Below, piece after piece: positions 40,173 to 50,816 of a stretch of DNA of 64,000 nt. This DNA is from an uncultured bacterium (GTDB lineage Bacteria > SAR324 > NAC60-12): the NCBI GenBank assembly GCA_965662235.1, contig CBFIGY010000006.1:1-64000 (forward strand), in the 5' to 3' direction. The notes under the pieces were generated by a model that worked only from the letters and a program-made list of their open reading frames with translations, ran no database searches and was not told the origin of the DNA. The position numbers were made by a program, and so were the translations under genes. The first letter of the stretch is position 1; every line of letters begins with the position of its first letter.

Positions 40173-41669
40173 ATGAAACCCACCATCTCCACGCCGACCG
40201 CGCTGCTGCTGGTCTATGGACGACCGCCCCTAGTGTTTGCGGGACTCCTCTTTGCCATGGCAGTGATGCTCAATCCCAGTCCGGGAACGTACACCATCGG
40301 GGTGATGTGCCTGTTTGTGTCGATGTGCTTTGACCTCGTGGATGGCTGGTTTTCAGCCCGCTTCCGCCCTCAGGCCAAGTTGGCTCATCTGGCAGACCGC
40401 ATCATGGACAAGGCCGTTTATGCCATTGTCTTTCCTCTGGTGGCGGTGGGGATGATGTGGCGGTACCAGCACCTGCCTCCGGGTTCAAATGAGCGCTTGG
40501 AGCTGCTACACGTCCTCATGGTCCTGCTGCTCAGCATCACGGTGCTGATGCGGGACAACTTTGCGCACTTCCTCCGGAACTTTTCCCTGCGGCAAGGGGC
40601 GGAGGAAGAGATGACCGAAATCAACCGGCTCCGGACCATGGTGGCAGCTCCGGTGGGGGCCATCTTGTACGCCTATGCCTTTTATCTGCCAAGCTACCCG
40701 CACGACTCCACCTACCGCTGGCTCTCAGCGCTGGGGCAGATGCCGACCAATCAGCTCATCTACTTGGAAGTCCTCTTCCTGATCATCAACTTTGGCTCCA
40801 TTGCCGGGTACATGCGTAAGTACGGATCCTCGTGTCTGGATGAGCTGTGCCTAGGAGATCTGGTGCTGCGGCGTCGGATCCTTTCGATTTTCCCAAATGC
40901 CCTGACGATGATGAACGCCCTGATGGGACTGATGGCAGTGTTCTTTGCCAGCCAGGCCCGCATGCATGCGGCGTTTCTCCTCATCATCGGGGCTGCGTTC
41001 TTTGACAAACTCGACGGCGCCCTTGCCCGGAAGCTGGGGCTGACGACCCCTCTGCCTTCGGCGCCCCCCAAGAAGCACCACATCACCCTAGGAGGCATCC
41101 TAGACGACATCTCTGACGGAGTGAGCTTCTGCATCGCACCGGCGCTGATGTTCTACCTGCTCATGGAGCAGATTCCTCATCCGGTGGTTCAGGCGATGCC
41201 ATACGGCTGGGTCGCCTTCAGCTACGCGGTGCTGGGAATTGCACGGCTGGTGTACTTCACCCTCGACCGCAACAGCATCCCGGGATTCTTCAAGGGCTTC
41301 CCGTCACCGGCGGCGGCCCTGTTGGTGACCGCTCCGTTCATCATGCTGGAACAGTCGCTGGACGCCCATGCCGACACCCTGGTCCTCTGGGCGCAGTTCT
41401 GTCTGTGGAACCTCGGCCTGACAGGAGTGCTCATGAACCTCTACCCAATCCGCTACCTGCACATTGGGCGCTTGATGAGCCGCAACAAGTGGGTTGGACG
41501 TGTGACCCTGGTGGTGGTGCTGGCCTTTGTGTTTACCCCATACTTCGGTTATGCCGGTTACTTCTACCTGTTTCTCTACGCCCTGTCTCCGGCGTTGACG
41601 TGGAAGATCAGTCCAGAGATTGCCGCTCAGGAGGGGCCACTCCCGTCGTCGGCGAAGGCAAAGTCATGA
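40173..41669 (+). CDS. Tandem CDP-alcohol phosphatidyltransferase (PgsA-like + PssA-like fusion)
   Basis: Two CDP-AP motifs: DLVDG...AR...DRIMDK and DKLDGALAR...GGILDDISD. The second half also has [10 protein letters not shown]. Confidence 0.82.
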   Translation: MKPTISTPTALLLVYGRPPLVFAGLLFAMAVMLNPSPGTYTIGVMCLFVSMCFDLVDGWFSARFRPQAKLAHLADRIMDKAVYAIVFPLVAVGMMWRYQHLPPGSNERLELLHVLMVLLLSITVLMRDNFAHFLRNFSLRQGAEEEMTEINRLRTMVAAPVGAILYAYAFYLPSYPHDSTYRWLSALGQMPTNQLIYLEVLFLIINFGSIAGYMRKYGSSCLDELCLGDLVLRRRILSIFPNALTMMNALMGLMAVFFASQARMHAAFLLIIGAAFFDKLDGALARKLGLTTPLPSAPPKKHHITLGGILDDISDGVSFCIAPALMFYLLMEQIPHPVVQAMPYGWVAFSYAVLGIARLVYFTLDRNSIPGFFKGFPSPAAALLVTAPFIMLEQSLDAHADTLVLWAQFCLWNLGLTGVLMNLYPIRYLHIGRLMSRNKWVGRVTLVVVLAFVFTPYFGYAGYFYLFLYALSPALTWKISPEIAAQEGPLPSSAKAKS

Positions 41670-42700
41670 ACGACTGGACGGACGAGGAACGCCTGGTCAC
41701 CCCTGAGGAACAGCCTGAGGAGCAGTATGACCTCTCGCTCCGACCGGAGCGCCTCCGGGACTACATTGGGCAGAGCGAGATCAAGGACAACCTCCAGGTC
41801 TTCATTGAAGCCGCCAAGAAGCGCAAGCAGCCCCTGGATCATGTCCTGCTCAGTGGCCCTCCGGGACTGGGGAAGACGACACTGGCGAACATCTTTGCTC
41901 GGGAAATGGGGGTGCAGCTGCGTAGCACCTCGGGACCGGTGATTGAGCGTCAAGGCGACCTTGCGGCCATTCTGACCAATCTGGACCCGGGGACCATTCT
42001 CTTCATTGATGAGATCCACCGCATGAACCGGGTGGTGGAAGAGGTGCTCTATAGCGCCATGGAAGACTTCACCCTCGACATCATCATTGGGCAAGGCCCT
42101 GCGGCCCGTACCGTAAAACTCGACCTGCCCCGCTTCACCCTTGTGGGGGCAACTACCCGAGCCGGGTTGCTCTCCGCGCCCCTCCGGGACCGCTTTGGCA
42201 TTCAGTGCCGCCTCAACTACTACACACCGGAAGAGCTTCAGATCATCATCATCCGTTCCGCGGCGATTTTGGAAATGGAGATTGTTGAGGAAGCCGCCAT
42301 GGAACTGGCCAAGCGTTCCCGCGGCACCCCCCGGATTGCCAACCGCATGCTCCGACGCTGCCGGGACTTTGCCGACCTTGAAACCTCGGGCGTCATCACC
42401 CACGCCTTGGTGCAACGCAGCCTCAAGCGTCTGGGGGTGGACCTAGAAGGGCTCGACCAGATGGACCGGCACATCCTGACCACCATTGTGGAAAAATTCA
42501 GCGGAGGGCCTGTTGGCCTCAGCACCCTTGCGGCTGCCGTCTCTGAAGAAAAAGACACCCTCGAAGACGTTTATGAGCCCTACCTGATGCTTCAGGGCTT
42601 CCTGCAGCGGACCCCCCGGGGACGGATGGTCACCGTCCGGGCCTATGAGCATCTGGGCCTCACGGCTCAGCCAGGGACGCCGCAAATGCCGCTCTTCTGA
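41666..42700 (+). CDS. ruvB: Holliday junction branch-migration helicase
   Basis: [35 protein letters not shown] and RTPRGR. Confidence 0.97.
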   Translation: MNDWTDEERLVTPEEQPEEQYDLSLRPERLRDYIGQSEIKDNLQVFIEAAKKRKQPLDHVLLSGPPGLGKTTLANIFAREMGVQLRSTSGPVIERQGDLAAILTNLDPGTILFIDEIHRMNRVVEEVLYSAMEDFTLDIIIGQGPAARTVKLDLPRFTLVGATTRAGLLSAPLRDRFGIQCRLNYYTPEELQIIIIRSAAILEMEIVEEAAMELAKRSRGTPRIANRMLRRCRDFADLETSGVITHALVQRSLKRLGVDLEGLDQMDRHILTTIVEKFSGGPVGLSTLAAAVSEEKDTLEDVYEPYLMLQGFLQRTPRGRMVTVRAYEHLGLTAQPGTPQMPLF

Positions 42701-42852
42701 ACCACGACTGCCCGAACCCTCCCCCTACTTTTCTCCACGGAAGGCTTGCCGCGTGACCCATTCATGGTATTTGTGACGGCACGTCCCCGTTCCGAAGTCC
42801 GGACTCTGCTTCCACAGCAGCTCCCGATTCAGCCCTTTACCTGAGTGATTCC

Positions 42853-45800
42853 ATGAACAGCCCGCTCCTGATTTCTGCAGAAAATTACCCCTTTTTGGCG
42901 GAGTTCCGTCTTCTTGAAAATGCGGAAGACCGAGGCCGTCACGAAGACCGCTTGCGCGAACAGCTGCAGCAGGCGCAGATTCAAGATGCCACCGGCTCAG
43001 CCCTTGAGCATCTGGAGCTGCGTGAACGAGCGTTTGCCCAGACCGTTTCCACCTACTACCAGACGGAGTACCACGCGGCGGTGCAGGACAACCTGACGGT
43101 CCCGAACGCCTTCCGCATCCTGGCCCGGAACACCCACCTGCTGGACGCCATCCTCGGCATCGCCTTTGAGTACAGCCTGGAAGACCTTCCGGCGATCCGG
43201 GAGAACCTGGTGGAGCAGCTCCGCAAGGAACAGGACTACAAACGCCGCATCCTTCCGGAGAAGCAGGAGAAGTGCGAAATCCTCCAGCAGGAGCTGAACT
43301 CGCACCGGAACTCTCAGGCACACGATGCGCGGCAGATGCTCAAGTACTACCAGCGCATCCACGATGACCATCTGCGGGAGGTGAAGCAGCTGCAAGCACG
43401 CCTGCAGGAGCTGCAGGAATCGTTGCCGCAACTGGAGCAGTGCAGCCTCAGCCAGGACTTCCTCCTTGGGCACATGGTCGTCTTTGCCCGCGGCGGGTAC
43501 GGGCGCGCCGAGCTGAGCTTTGCCTCAGACCGCGACCTCGGCTACTGCGTGGACACTCAGTCGCTCAATGCCGGAGAGATTGAGACCTGCAAGCAGCTCA
43601 TCATGCGCATGGAGTACCTGCTCCGGGAATCCGGAATCGACACGGCGCACCAGTACTTTGAGATTGACGAAGACCTCTCCCGGTTCAGTGAACCCAACAG
43701 CGTTCACACCATTCCGTCCATTCTGGAAAGCCGAGTGCTGCTGGGCAGCCCGTCTCTTGCGGAGGCGCTCAAGCGCAGGTTCTTTCACATCCTGCCCTAT
43801 GAACCGTACGTCCTCAACAAGCTGGATGAGTACCAGGGGAGCCACCAGCCCACCCTCAATGAAATGGACATCAAGGAAGACTTCGGGGGGCTCCGGACGC
43901 TGCAGATTCCCCTTTGGATTGCTGCGGCCACCTATGGCGTGTTTCCGAGTCAGACGGCAGACCTGCTGGCGTTGCTGATCCAGAAACGCATTCTTTCCCC
44001 CCGGCAGGGCTACAAGCTGTGCCAGGCCCTAGAGTTCTTCTATGACCTCCGGAACTTCAGTGGGGCGGCGCAGGAGTACTACGACGAAGAAGCTCGGGCC
44101 AGCGGCTGCGTGGACCGGAACCTTGAGTTCAATGTGGTCAACGACAGCCTGGAACGCCTCTACCTCCTCAAGCGCCAGCGGTTCCAGAATGTCGATGAGT
44201 TTGACCGCTACCGCCTGCAGATGGTGGACAACATCCGCTCCCTCTCCCGGATGATGCTCCGCAAGCTCATGGACCGCACCGTTGTCCGGACCTTCTCCGA
44301 CTTCCAACTGGTGGTGCACCTGCGCAAGCGTCGGATCGTTGAAATCCATGCCCTAGAGGGACTTCCGCAGGTGCCGTTGGCGCTCATCTTCAGCACCCCA
44401 CTGGTGCTGCTGGAGCTGTTCATCTACATCGGTCAGTCCGGTTACGACCTCTCTGTTGAGCTCAAGGACGAGCTGGCAGAACTGATCCCCACGCTGACCC
44501 CCGAGCGCATTCAGGCCTACTCAGAGCAACTGCCGGACAAGTTCAATGAATTGATGCTGACGCCCCACACGGCCAACGCGTTGCGGGTGATGTTTGAGAT
44601 CAGTGACCCCATCAGCAGCTCCAACCTGCCGGACACCCTCATTGGCCGGTACATTCCCGAATGCAACCAGATGCGGTTTCTGCTCCGGAACCTGTCTTAC
44701 CACCAGCATCCCGTCTGCATTCACTCCCTCAATGCGGTGGAGCGCAGCCAGGAGGAGCTCAAGCTGCTCAAGCAGAACTATCCGGAGCTGTACCACTACC
44801 TCAAACCGCAGCACCTGCTTGCCCTCAAGTGGGGAATGCTGTTTCATGACGTTGGCAAGATTGACCCGACCACGCGGCACCAGATTTCCGGGACCCTCAT
44901 GGCGGTTCATGCCTTGGAACGCATCGGCTACCGTGATCCAGAGCTCTTCCGTCTGGTTTCCCTGCTGATTGCCCACCACATGACGGTGGTGCAGCTCAGC
45001 AAAACCTCCGCCTACTTTGACCAGGCGTTGCAGAACTTCTTTGAGATCGCCGACCGGAACCTCGTCAACGTCATCCTCCTCTTCCTCGTCAACGTCTCTG
45101 ACTACAGCGCCGTCAGTGACGCCAACGCCCGTGACACCCGGCACCTGCGGAACTTCTTTGAGGAAACCTATCGGGTCTTCTCCGAAATGAGGACCTCCGG
45201 AACCCTTGAGGAGTCGCTGGACTTCATCCACTCGTACCTCGACAACAAAAAGAGCGACCTCGAGTTTGACACCCGCATCGACCTGCTCATCAAACGCAGC
45301 CTCCGGAATGACCTCGAACAGGAACTCTTTGATCCGCTGGAGCAAACGCACCCCAAGGAACGTGACCGGCTCCGGAATTCGGAGGCCGAACTGCAGCGGC
45401 TCTGGCGGGCCCTGAAGGTGGGGTCTTTAGACTCCAAGGGCATCGACGAACACACGGAGCGGATGATCCGGATGATTCGTCAGACCCTGAGCAACAAGTC
45501 GATCATGGCGCTTACGGAGTCGTTCAACACGATGATCAACTGGTTCTTCACGGCCTTCCCGAACCGCTTCCTCCTGAGCGCCCCTCCGGATGTGCTGGCC
45601 CAGAACCTTTCGATCTTCCAGCACATCGACCGTCCCGTTCTCGCCAACGTCCTCACCAATGCACGGGGCCGGATCACCGGACTGCTGATCTACATCCGTC
45701 TGGAAGACTCTCCGCACAGCCGCGCCGCCTACGCGATCAACAAGTTCAATCTGAACGTGGATTCGGCAAAGATGAACCTCGTTCGTTTCCATGACGGCAC

Positions 45801-46266
45801 CGAAGCCTACTGTTACTTCTTCGAGGTCTCCCGGCGCGCAAGCGGTGAGATGATCTTTCCGCGGGACATTGAGTCATCAATCCTCCGCGATTCTCCGCCT
45901 CCGCTCCGGCTGCCCACCCATGAGTTCATGTACAACAACCGGGTCCAGGTGGAGTACCTGGATGATGACGAGAAGGGGTACCTAGTGGAAGAGCAGAGCT
46001 CGCAGGAGGCAGAAGCCTCCGGACGCTTCATTCGGCGCCCGGCGAATTACCTCCGGGTCAAGGTGACAGTGGAAGATGCTCCCATGGTGTACTTCAAGAT
46101 GGCCCACGCCTTTGAGACGGTGAATGTCCCGGTCCGGCAGTCGCTCATCACCACGACGGGACACCAGGTGATGAACACCTTCTACATTGACCCGCAGAAC
46201 CTGGACCGGTTGCAGCACTCGGATTTTGAGGAGTTGCTCCGCCACAGCCTCCACACCAGTGGCTGA
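42853..46266 (+). CDS. GlnD-like bifunctional uridylyltransferase/uridylyl-removing enzyme, enlarged (1137 aa)
   Basis: GGYGRAEL...SDRD nucleotidyltransferase motif, IKEDFGGLR, HD domain (YHQH, HSL, LFHDVGK, H), and C-terminal ACT-like segments. Confidence 0.75.
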   Translation: MNSPLLISAENYPFLAEFRLLENAEDRGRHEDRLREQLQQAQIQDATGSALEHLELRERAFAQTVSTYYQTEYHAAVQDNLTVPNAFRILARNTHLLDAILGIAFEYSLEDLPAIRENLVEQLRKEQDYKRRILPEKQEKCEILQQELNSHRNSQAHDARQMLKYYQRIHDDHLREVKQLQARLQELQESLPQLEQCSLSQDFLLGHMVVFARGGYGRAELSFASDRDLGYCVDTQSLNAGEIETCKQLIMRMEYLLRESGIDTAHQYFEIDEDLSRFSEPNSVHTIPSILESRVLLGSPSLAEALKRRFFHILPYEPYVLNKLDEYQGSHQPTLNEMDIKEDFGGLRTLQIPLWIAAATYGVFPSQTADLLALLIQKRILSPRQGYKLCQALEFFYDLRNFSGAAQEYYDEEARASGCVDRNLEFNVVNDSLERLYLLKRQRFQNVDEFDRYRLQMVDNIRSLSRMMLRKLMDRTVVRTFSDFQLVVHLRKRRIVEIHALEGLPQVPLALIFSTPLVLLELFIYIGQSGYDLSVELKDELAELIPTLTPERIQAYSEQLPDKFNELMLTPHTANALRVMFEISDPISSSNLPDTLIGRYIPECNQMRFLLRNLSYHQHPVCIHSLNAVERSQEELKLLKQNYPELYHYLKPQHLLALKWGMLFHDVGKIDPTTRHQISGTLMAVHALERIGYRDPELFRLVSLLIAHHMTVVQLSKTSAYFDQALQNFFEIADRNLVNVILLFLVNVSDYSAVSDANARDTRHLRNFFEETYRVFSEMRTSGTLEESLDFIHSYLDNKKSDLEFDTRIDLLIKRSLRNDLEQELFDPLEQTHPKERDRLRNSEAELQRLWRALKVGSLDSKGIDEHTERMIRMIRQTLSNKSIMALTESFNTMINWFFTAFPNRFLLSAPPDVLAQNLSIFQHIDRPVLANVLTNARGRITGLLIYIRLEDSPHSRAAYAINKFNLNVDSAKMNLVRFHDGTEAYCYFFEVSRRASGEMIFPRDIESSILRDSPPPLRLPTHEFMYNNRVQVEYLDDDEKGYLVEEQSSQEAEASGRFIRRPANYLRVKVTVEDAPMVYFKMAHAFETVNVPVRQSLITTTGHQVMNTFYIDPQNLDRLQHSDFEELLRHSLHTSG

Positions 46267-46300
46267 AGCCGGCGACGGCAAAGGAAGCGGAAGGAAGGGG

Positions 46301-46329
46301 CCGGTGAGGGGCGAAACCAGGCTCACCGG
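46301..46329. terminator. Hairpin between convergent genes
   Basis: CCGGTGAG/CTCACCGG 8-bp inverted repeat. Confidence 0.45.
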
Positions 46330-46349
46330 TTGAGGAAGGGGGTCGTGGT

Positions 46350-46955
46350 TTAGGCGCGAGTCGCCGTTACCAGAAAGAGGGGGTACGAGCTTCCGTCCTC
46401 GCGCTCGACGACGTGGGGCGTTTGAAAGTCGATGTCGGTGAAGCCACTGTGCCTGAGCAGCTCTTGCAGGTGGCTGCGGTCAAAACCGAAGTGAAAGACT
46501 CCGTCGTTGCCCTGCTGGTGAAAGCTTCCGTCTTCGCGGTCTAGGTCCGCTAGGGCGACCTGACCGCCAGGCTTCAGGTGGTCGGCAAAGCACTGAAAGA
46601 GCTGGGCGGTGTCTTCAACGTGATGCAGCGCCATGGCGCTCATGATCAGGTCAAAGGACCGGGAGAGCGGCTGCTCCAAAATGTCCTGACAGACCGGCTC
46701 CACCTTTCCCTGTAGCTCAGGCTTCTCCTTGAGCTTCTCCAGCATTGCTGCCGAGACATCAACAGCGACAATCTGAGAGACCTTTGGCGCGACGTGCGAA
46801 CTGATGAGGCCGGTTCCGGCCCCAAAGTCCATCACCTCCATGTCGGCACGGAGCGGAACACGCTCCAACAACTGGGCGCTGACGGCCCCGGAAATTTTTT
46901 GGATGGGGGTTTGGGAATCCCAGTCCTGGGCTTTTTCAGAAAATAGATCGGGCAT
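46350..46955 (-). CDS. Class I SAM-dependent methyltransferase
   Basis: MDFGAGTG, AVDVS, FDLIMSAMALHH and LKPGG. Confidence 0.9.
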   Translation of the reverse strand: MPDLFSEKAQDWDSQTPIQKISGAVSAQLLERVPLRADMEVMDFGAGTGLISSHVAPKVSQIVAVDVSAAMLEKLKEKPELQGKVEPVCQDILEQPLSRSFDLIMSAMALHHVEDTAQLFQCFADHLKPGGQVALADLDREDGSFHQQGNDGVFHFGFDRSHLQELLRHSGFTDIDFQTPHVVEREDGSSYPLFLVTATRA

Positions 46956-47019
46956 CCTAACTTTCTTGATCAAGGAACAAACGCGGGACTTTTTAGGGTA
47001 GCAGATGTTTCGGGTCGTC

Positions 47020-48420
47020 TCACGCCGGAAGCAACTTTCCGGGGTTGAGGAGGTTCAGGGGATCCAGGGCTTGCTTGATCTGGCGCATCAGTTCAATCGA
47101 CTCACCGTGCTCAGCGTGCATGTAGCGGATCTTTCCGGAACCGATGCCATGTTCGCCGGTGCAGGTCCCCCCCATCCGCAGGGCTCGTTCGATCAACCGG
47201 TCGTTCAGCACCTGAAACTGCCGCAGGTCCTCAGCCTCGTTTTCCGGGTCCACTAGGAACAGCAGGTGGAAGTTTCCATCACCGACGTGTCCGACAATCG
47301 GCACCATCAGTCCGGCTTCATCAATGTCCTTGCGTGTTTCCAGAATGCAGTCGGCCAGCCGGGAGATGGGAACACAGACATCCGTTGGCCAACCCTTGGA
47401 GCCCGGCTTCAGGGCCAGGCTGGCGTAGAGGGCATTGTGTCGGGCCTCCCAGAGCTTCTGCCGGTCCTGTTCCTGGGTGGCCCAGCGGAAGTCTCCTCCT
47501 CCGTGCTCTGCGGCAATCTCGCCGACAATTTCCGCTTGTTCCGCAACCCAGCGTTCGGTGCCGTGGAACTCAAAGAAGAGGGTTGGCTGCTCAGGGTAGT
47601 CGAGCTGAGAAAACTGGTTCAGGGCGCGCATCTGTACTTCATCCAGCAACTCAATGCGCGCCACCGGAATGCCCATTTGAATGACAGGAATGACGGTATT
47701 GACCGCGCCGGCGAGGGTGTCAAAGGAGCACACGGCTGCCGAAATTGCCTCGGGAATGCCATGCAACCGAAGCTGGACTTCGGTGATGATGCCCAGGGTG
47801 CCCTCTGAGCCCACCATCAGGCGGGTCAAATCGTATCCGGACGAGGACTTGCGCGAGCGGGTTCCGGTTTTCAGGATCCGGCCTTCGGCGTTCACCACGG
47901 TGAGTCCGAGCACGTTCTCCCGCATGGTTCCGTACCGTACCGCGTTGGTGCCAGACGCCCGGGTTGCAGCCATGCCTCCGAGCGACGCATCGGCTCCCGG
48001 GTCAATGGGGAAAAACAGTCCGGTCTGCCGGAGGTGCTGGTTGAGCTGCTTGCGAGTGACTCCGGCCTGCACACGGCAGTCGAGGTCGTCGGTGTTGACC
48101 TCAAGGACCTGATTCATCTGCGAAAGGTCCAGGCTGATGCCTCCTTTGACCGCGGCCACGTGTCCTTCCAGCGAGGTGCCCGTGCCAAAGGGAATGATTG
48201 GGCACTGATGCCGGACACAGATCCGGACGATCTCAGCGACCTCTTCATTGGAATGCGCAAACGCAACGGCGTCTGGAGGCATGGGATGATGAAACGATTC
48301 ATCCCGTCCGTGCTGCTCCCGGGTTGCCTCAGCTGTTGAGAGGCGGTCACCGAGCAGCGTTTGCAGGTTCTGTAGGCAGGCGTCTAGGTGAGGAAGCGTG
48401 GTGGTTTGGGGCAAGGCCAT
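47020..48420 (-). CDS. FAD-linked oxidase, D-lactate dehydrogenase (cytochrome)-like
   Basis: GTGTSLEG, FPIDPGADAS, GSEGTLG, GHVGDGNFH and GEHGIG. Confidence 0.9.
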   Translation of the reverse strand: MALPQTTTLPHLDACLQNLQTLLGDRLSTAEATREQHGRDESFHHPMPPDAVAFAHSNEEVAEIVRICVRHQCPIIPFGTGTSLEGHVAAVKGGISLDLSQMNQVLEVNTDDLDCRVQAGVTRKQLNQHLRQTGLFFPIDPGADASLGGMAATRASGTNAVRYGTMRENVLGLTVVNAEGRILKTGTRSRKSSSGYDLTRLMVGSEGTLGIITEVQLRLHGIPEAISAAVCSFDTLAGAVNTVIPVIQMGIPVARIELLDEVQMRALNQFSQLDYPEQPTLFFEFHGTERWVAEQAEIVGEIAAEHGGGDFRWATQEQDRQKLWEARHNALYASLALKPGSKGWPTDVCVPISRLADCILETRKDIDEAGLMVPIVGHVGDGNFHLLFLVDPENEAEDLRQFQVLNDRLIERALRMGGTCTGEHGIGSGKIRYMHAEHGESIELMRQIKQALDPLNLLNPGKLLPA

Positions 48421-48626
48421 GGTTTTTCTCCGACAGGGTCAATGAAGTAGAGGACCGCTTGAGGGCGTGTTTGCTGCCGTCACCTTAGCAGGACGCTGCT
48501 GCAGGCGTAAGCATTTTCGTCGCCCTCCTGCAATCGGGTTTCTTCAGAGGCAGGCACAGGAGTTGCTGAGGTTTCTTTAAACCCGGGGAAACCCTTCTCA
48601 ACTTGATGACAGACGCTGAAACGACG

Positions 48627-49208
48627 ATGAACTTTCGAGGACACCTCAATGGGGGCATTGCTGCAGGAACGGTCACCGTGGCCGTGGCCATTTCGACCCA
48701 ATACGTGACCCTGCAGCCCGATTCCTTTCAGCGCTTCCTGGGAGCGCCGCTGCACTGGGAGGGGGAAATTCAGACGCTGGTGGGGCTCTTCTTGACCACC
48801 GTCTTCATGGCTCTGTTTCCGGACCTAGACACCACTTCGGTGCCCCAGAAGTGGTTCTTCCGGATCATGTTTGTCTGCATGGCCGTGCTCTTCTTCAACC
48901 AGGAGATCGAGCTGTTTGCCATCTGCGCCTTTGCGTCTCTGCTCCCGGTGATGCACAAGCACCGTGGCTGGACCCACTGGAAGCTCACCCCGTGGCTGAT
49001 GGCGATCTTCTTTGCGGTGATCTTTGAGTACTTCCGGATTCAGGAGGCATGGCTGACCGAATTTTCTTGGCAGAAGGTGTGGCTGTTTCTGAACCACTTC
49101 TGGATGTACGTGTTTGCGTGCGTGCTGGGGCACTACACCCACTTGCTGCTGGACTCCCGGAAGCTTCGTTGGCTCCCATTCATCCGCAACCGCTCCGGGC
49201 ATCACTAG
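48627..49208 (+). CDS. Membrane-bound metal-dependent hydrolase (YdjM-like)
   Basis: MNFRGH, LFPDLD, HRGWTH and GHYTHLLLD. Confidence 0.85.
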   Translation: MNFRGHLNGGIAAGTVTVAVAISTQYVTLQPDSFQRFLGAPLHWEGEIQTLVGLFLTTVFMALFPDLDTTSVPQKWFFRIMFVCMAVLFFNQEIELFAICAFASLLPVMHKHRGWTHWKLTPWLMAIFFAVIFEYFRIQEAWLTEFSWQKVWLFLNHFWMYVFACVLGHYTHLLLDSRKLRWLPFIRNRSGHH

Positions 49209-50233
49209 GACCGCAGCGCCGGGATCTCCTCCGGAAGCAGACTCGTCATGCAGCGTAGCGACTGAGGGTGAGAGCACGTGCCGCGGCCATCTCGGGAGCA
49301 GGGGCGGCACATGAGGGGCAAGGACGTTTCCAGCACCTGACTGTCTGGAAGAAAGGGCGCGTAGCCAAATTCACGGACCGTTGGGCCAAAGAGGACATGA
49401 GCAGGGGTGCCCATTGCTTCGGCCAGGTGCGCAATCGACGTGTCGTTGCACAGCACCCACTGCGCCTGTTCCAGTAGCGCGGCCGACTCCAGAAGGCTCA
49501 GCTGCCCTGCAAGGTTGACCACTCCAGTTCCAACTCGACGCTGCAGCAACTCCGGCTCAACCTCTCCGGGTCCTCCCACGAGGACCACCTGCCACCCCAC
49601 CTCGGTCCAGTTCCGGATCACCTGCTCAAAGTACTCCACCGGCCAGCGTTTCAGCTCATACGAAGCTCCGGGGCCCACGGCAACAAACTGCTTAGGCGCC
49701 AAGTCGTGTTCCTTCAACACAGCGGCCACCTTGGCCCGATCGGCTGCTGACGGAAACAGTTCGGTGTGAGCGTCTAGCTCGTGCCCTTGATGCCGGACCA
49801 ATGGCTGCAGCCACTGTTCCCGTTGAGAGCGGGCGCCCTTGAGCCAGTTCATCTGCAACCGAATCAGCAGGGTGCGGCGCAGGGTCCGTTTGTTGATCCG
49901 CCAGACTTCCGGAGACCGTCCTGAGGCCTGCAGCATCAGCGACACCCAGCGGCTCCTCAAGGAGGCATGCAGGTCGTAGATCAGGTCGAACCGTTCCTGC
50001 TGGAGCCACTCCAGCAGCGCTTGCCGGTCTGCAGGGTGCTCCTTGCGGGGGTGGTAGTGGATTTCGTCTAGGTGTGGGTTGTTGGCCAGAACCTCTCCAA
50101 AGCCGACGCTCGTCAGCAGCGTCAGCCGTGCATCTGGGAAGCACCGGCGCAATTCACGGTAGACTGGTGTGGTCAGAACGAGGTCGCCCAGCGAGCTGAA
50201 GCGGATGATCAGGATGTTCTGAAAGGCGGCCAT
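49205..50233 (-). CDS. Glycosyltransferase family 9 (LPS heptosyltransferase-like)
   Basis: IIRFSSLGDLVL, KRWP, NDTSIAHLA and LFGPT. Confidence 0.9.
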   Translation of the reverse strand: MAAFQNILIIRFSSLGDLVLTTPVYRELRRCFPDARLTLLTSVGFGEVLANNPHLDEIHYHPRKEHPADRQALLEWLQQERFDLIYDLHASLRSRWVSLMLQASGRSPEVWRINKRTLRRTLLIRLQMNWLKGARSQREQWLQPLVRHQGHELDAHTELFPSAADRAKVAAVLKEHDLAPKQFVAVGPGASYELKRWPVEYFEQVIRNWTEVGWQVVLVGGPGEVEPELLQRRVGTGVVNLAGQLSLLESAALLEQAQWVLCNDTSIAHLAEAMGTPAHVLFGPTVREFGYAPFLPDSQVLETSLPLMCRPCSRDGRGTCSHPQSLRCMTSLLPEEIPALRS

Positions 50234-50237
50234 CGAC

Positions 50238-50816
50238 TTAAGCGGAGAGGAGGTGTGAGACGGCGTCTGCAAGGTCTTCTGCCCAGAAGAGCGGTTCTGT
50301 GGCAAAGGCCTGGTCGTGCCCGGCGTGTCCGGTCCGGACGCCAATGGACGGGCATCCAAAGCGCCGGGCGGCTTCAAAGTCAGAGGTCTTGTCTCCAATC
50401 AGAACCCATGCTTCCGGAGGCAGTTGAGCAGCAGCAGCGGCTTGTTCTAGCAGTCCGGGTTCTGGCTTGCGGCACCCGCAGGGCTGAGGCTCGCTTCGTC
50501 GGGCGCCATCTTCCCAGTCCGGATGGTGCGGACAGAAGTAGAAGCCATTCACCCGGCCTTGGACGATCGCGAGGTCCTGATCCATCTGGTCCGTGATGGC
50601 CTGCAGTCCCTCTAGGCTGAGCTTCCCTCGTGCAATTGCCGCTTGGTTGGTGACAACCGCGACCCACAGTCCTGCGGCCGTGAGCCGAGCGAGAGCCTCC
50701 GCGCTTCCTGGAATCCACTTGAAGGCTTCCGGAGTCAGAGGCGGGCCGGGTTCTTGGTTCAGTACCCCGTCACGGTCGAGGAGGACGCCTTGCAGGCGAG
50801 AGCGGTCAAGAGGCAT
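50238..50816 (-). CDS. gmhB: D-glycero-D-manno-heptose-1,7-bisphosphate phosphatase (HAD IIIA)
   Basis: LDRDGVLN, VTNQ, CPHHP...CGCRKP and IGDK; next to the GT9 gene. Confidence 0.85.
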   Translation of the reverse strand: MPLDRSRLQGVLLDRDGVLNQEPGPPLTPEAFKWIPGSAEALARLTAAGLWVAVVTNQAAIARGKLSLEGLQAITDQMDQDLAIVQGRVNGFYFCPHHPDWEDGARRSEPQPCGCRKPEPGLLEQAAAAAQLPPEAWVLIGDKTSDFEAARRFGCPSIGVRTGHAGHDQAFATEPLFWAEDLADAVSHLLSA

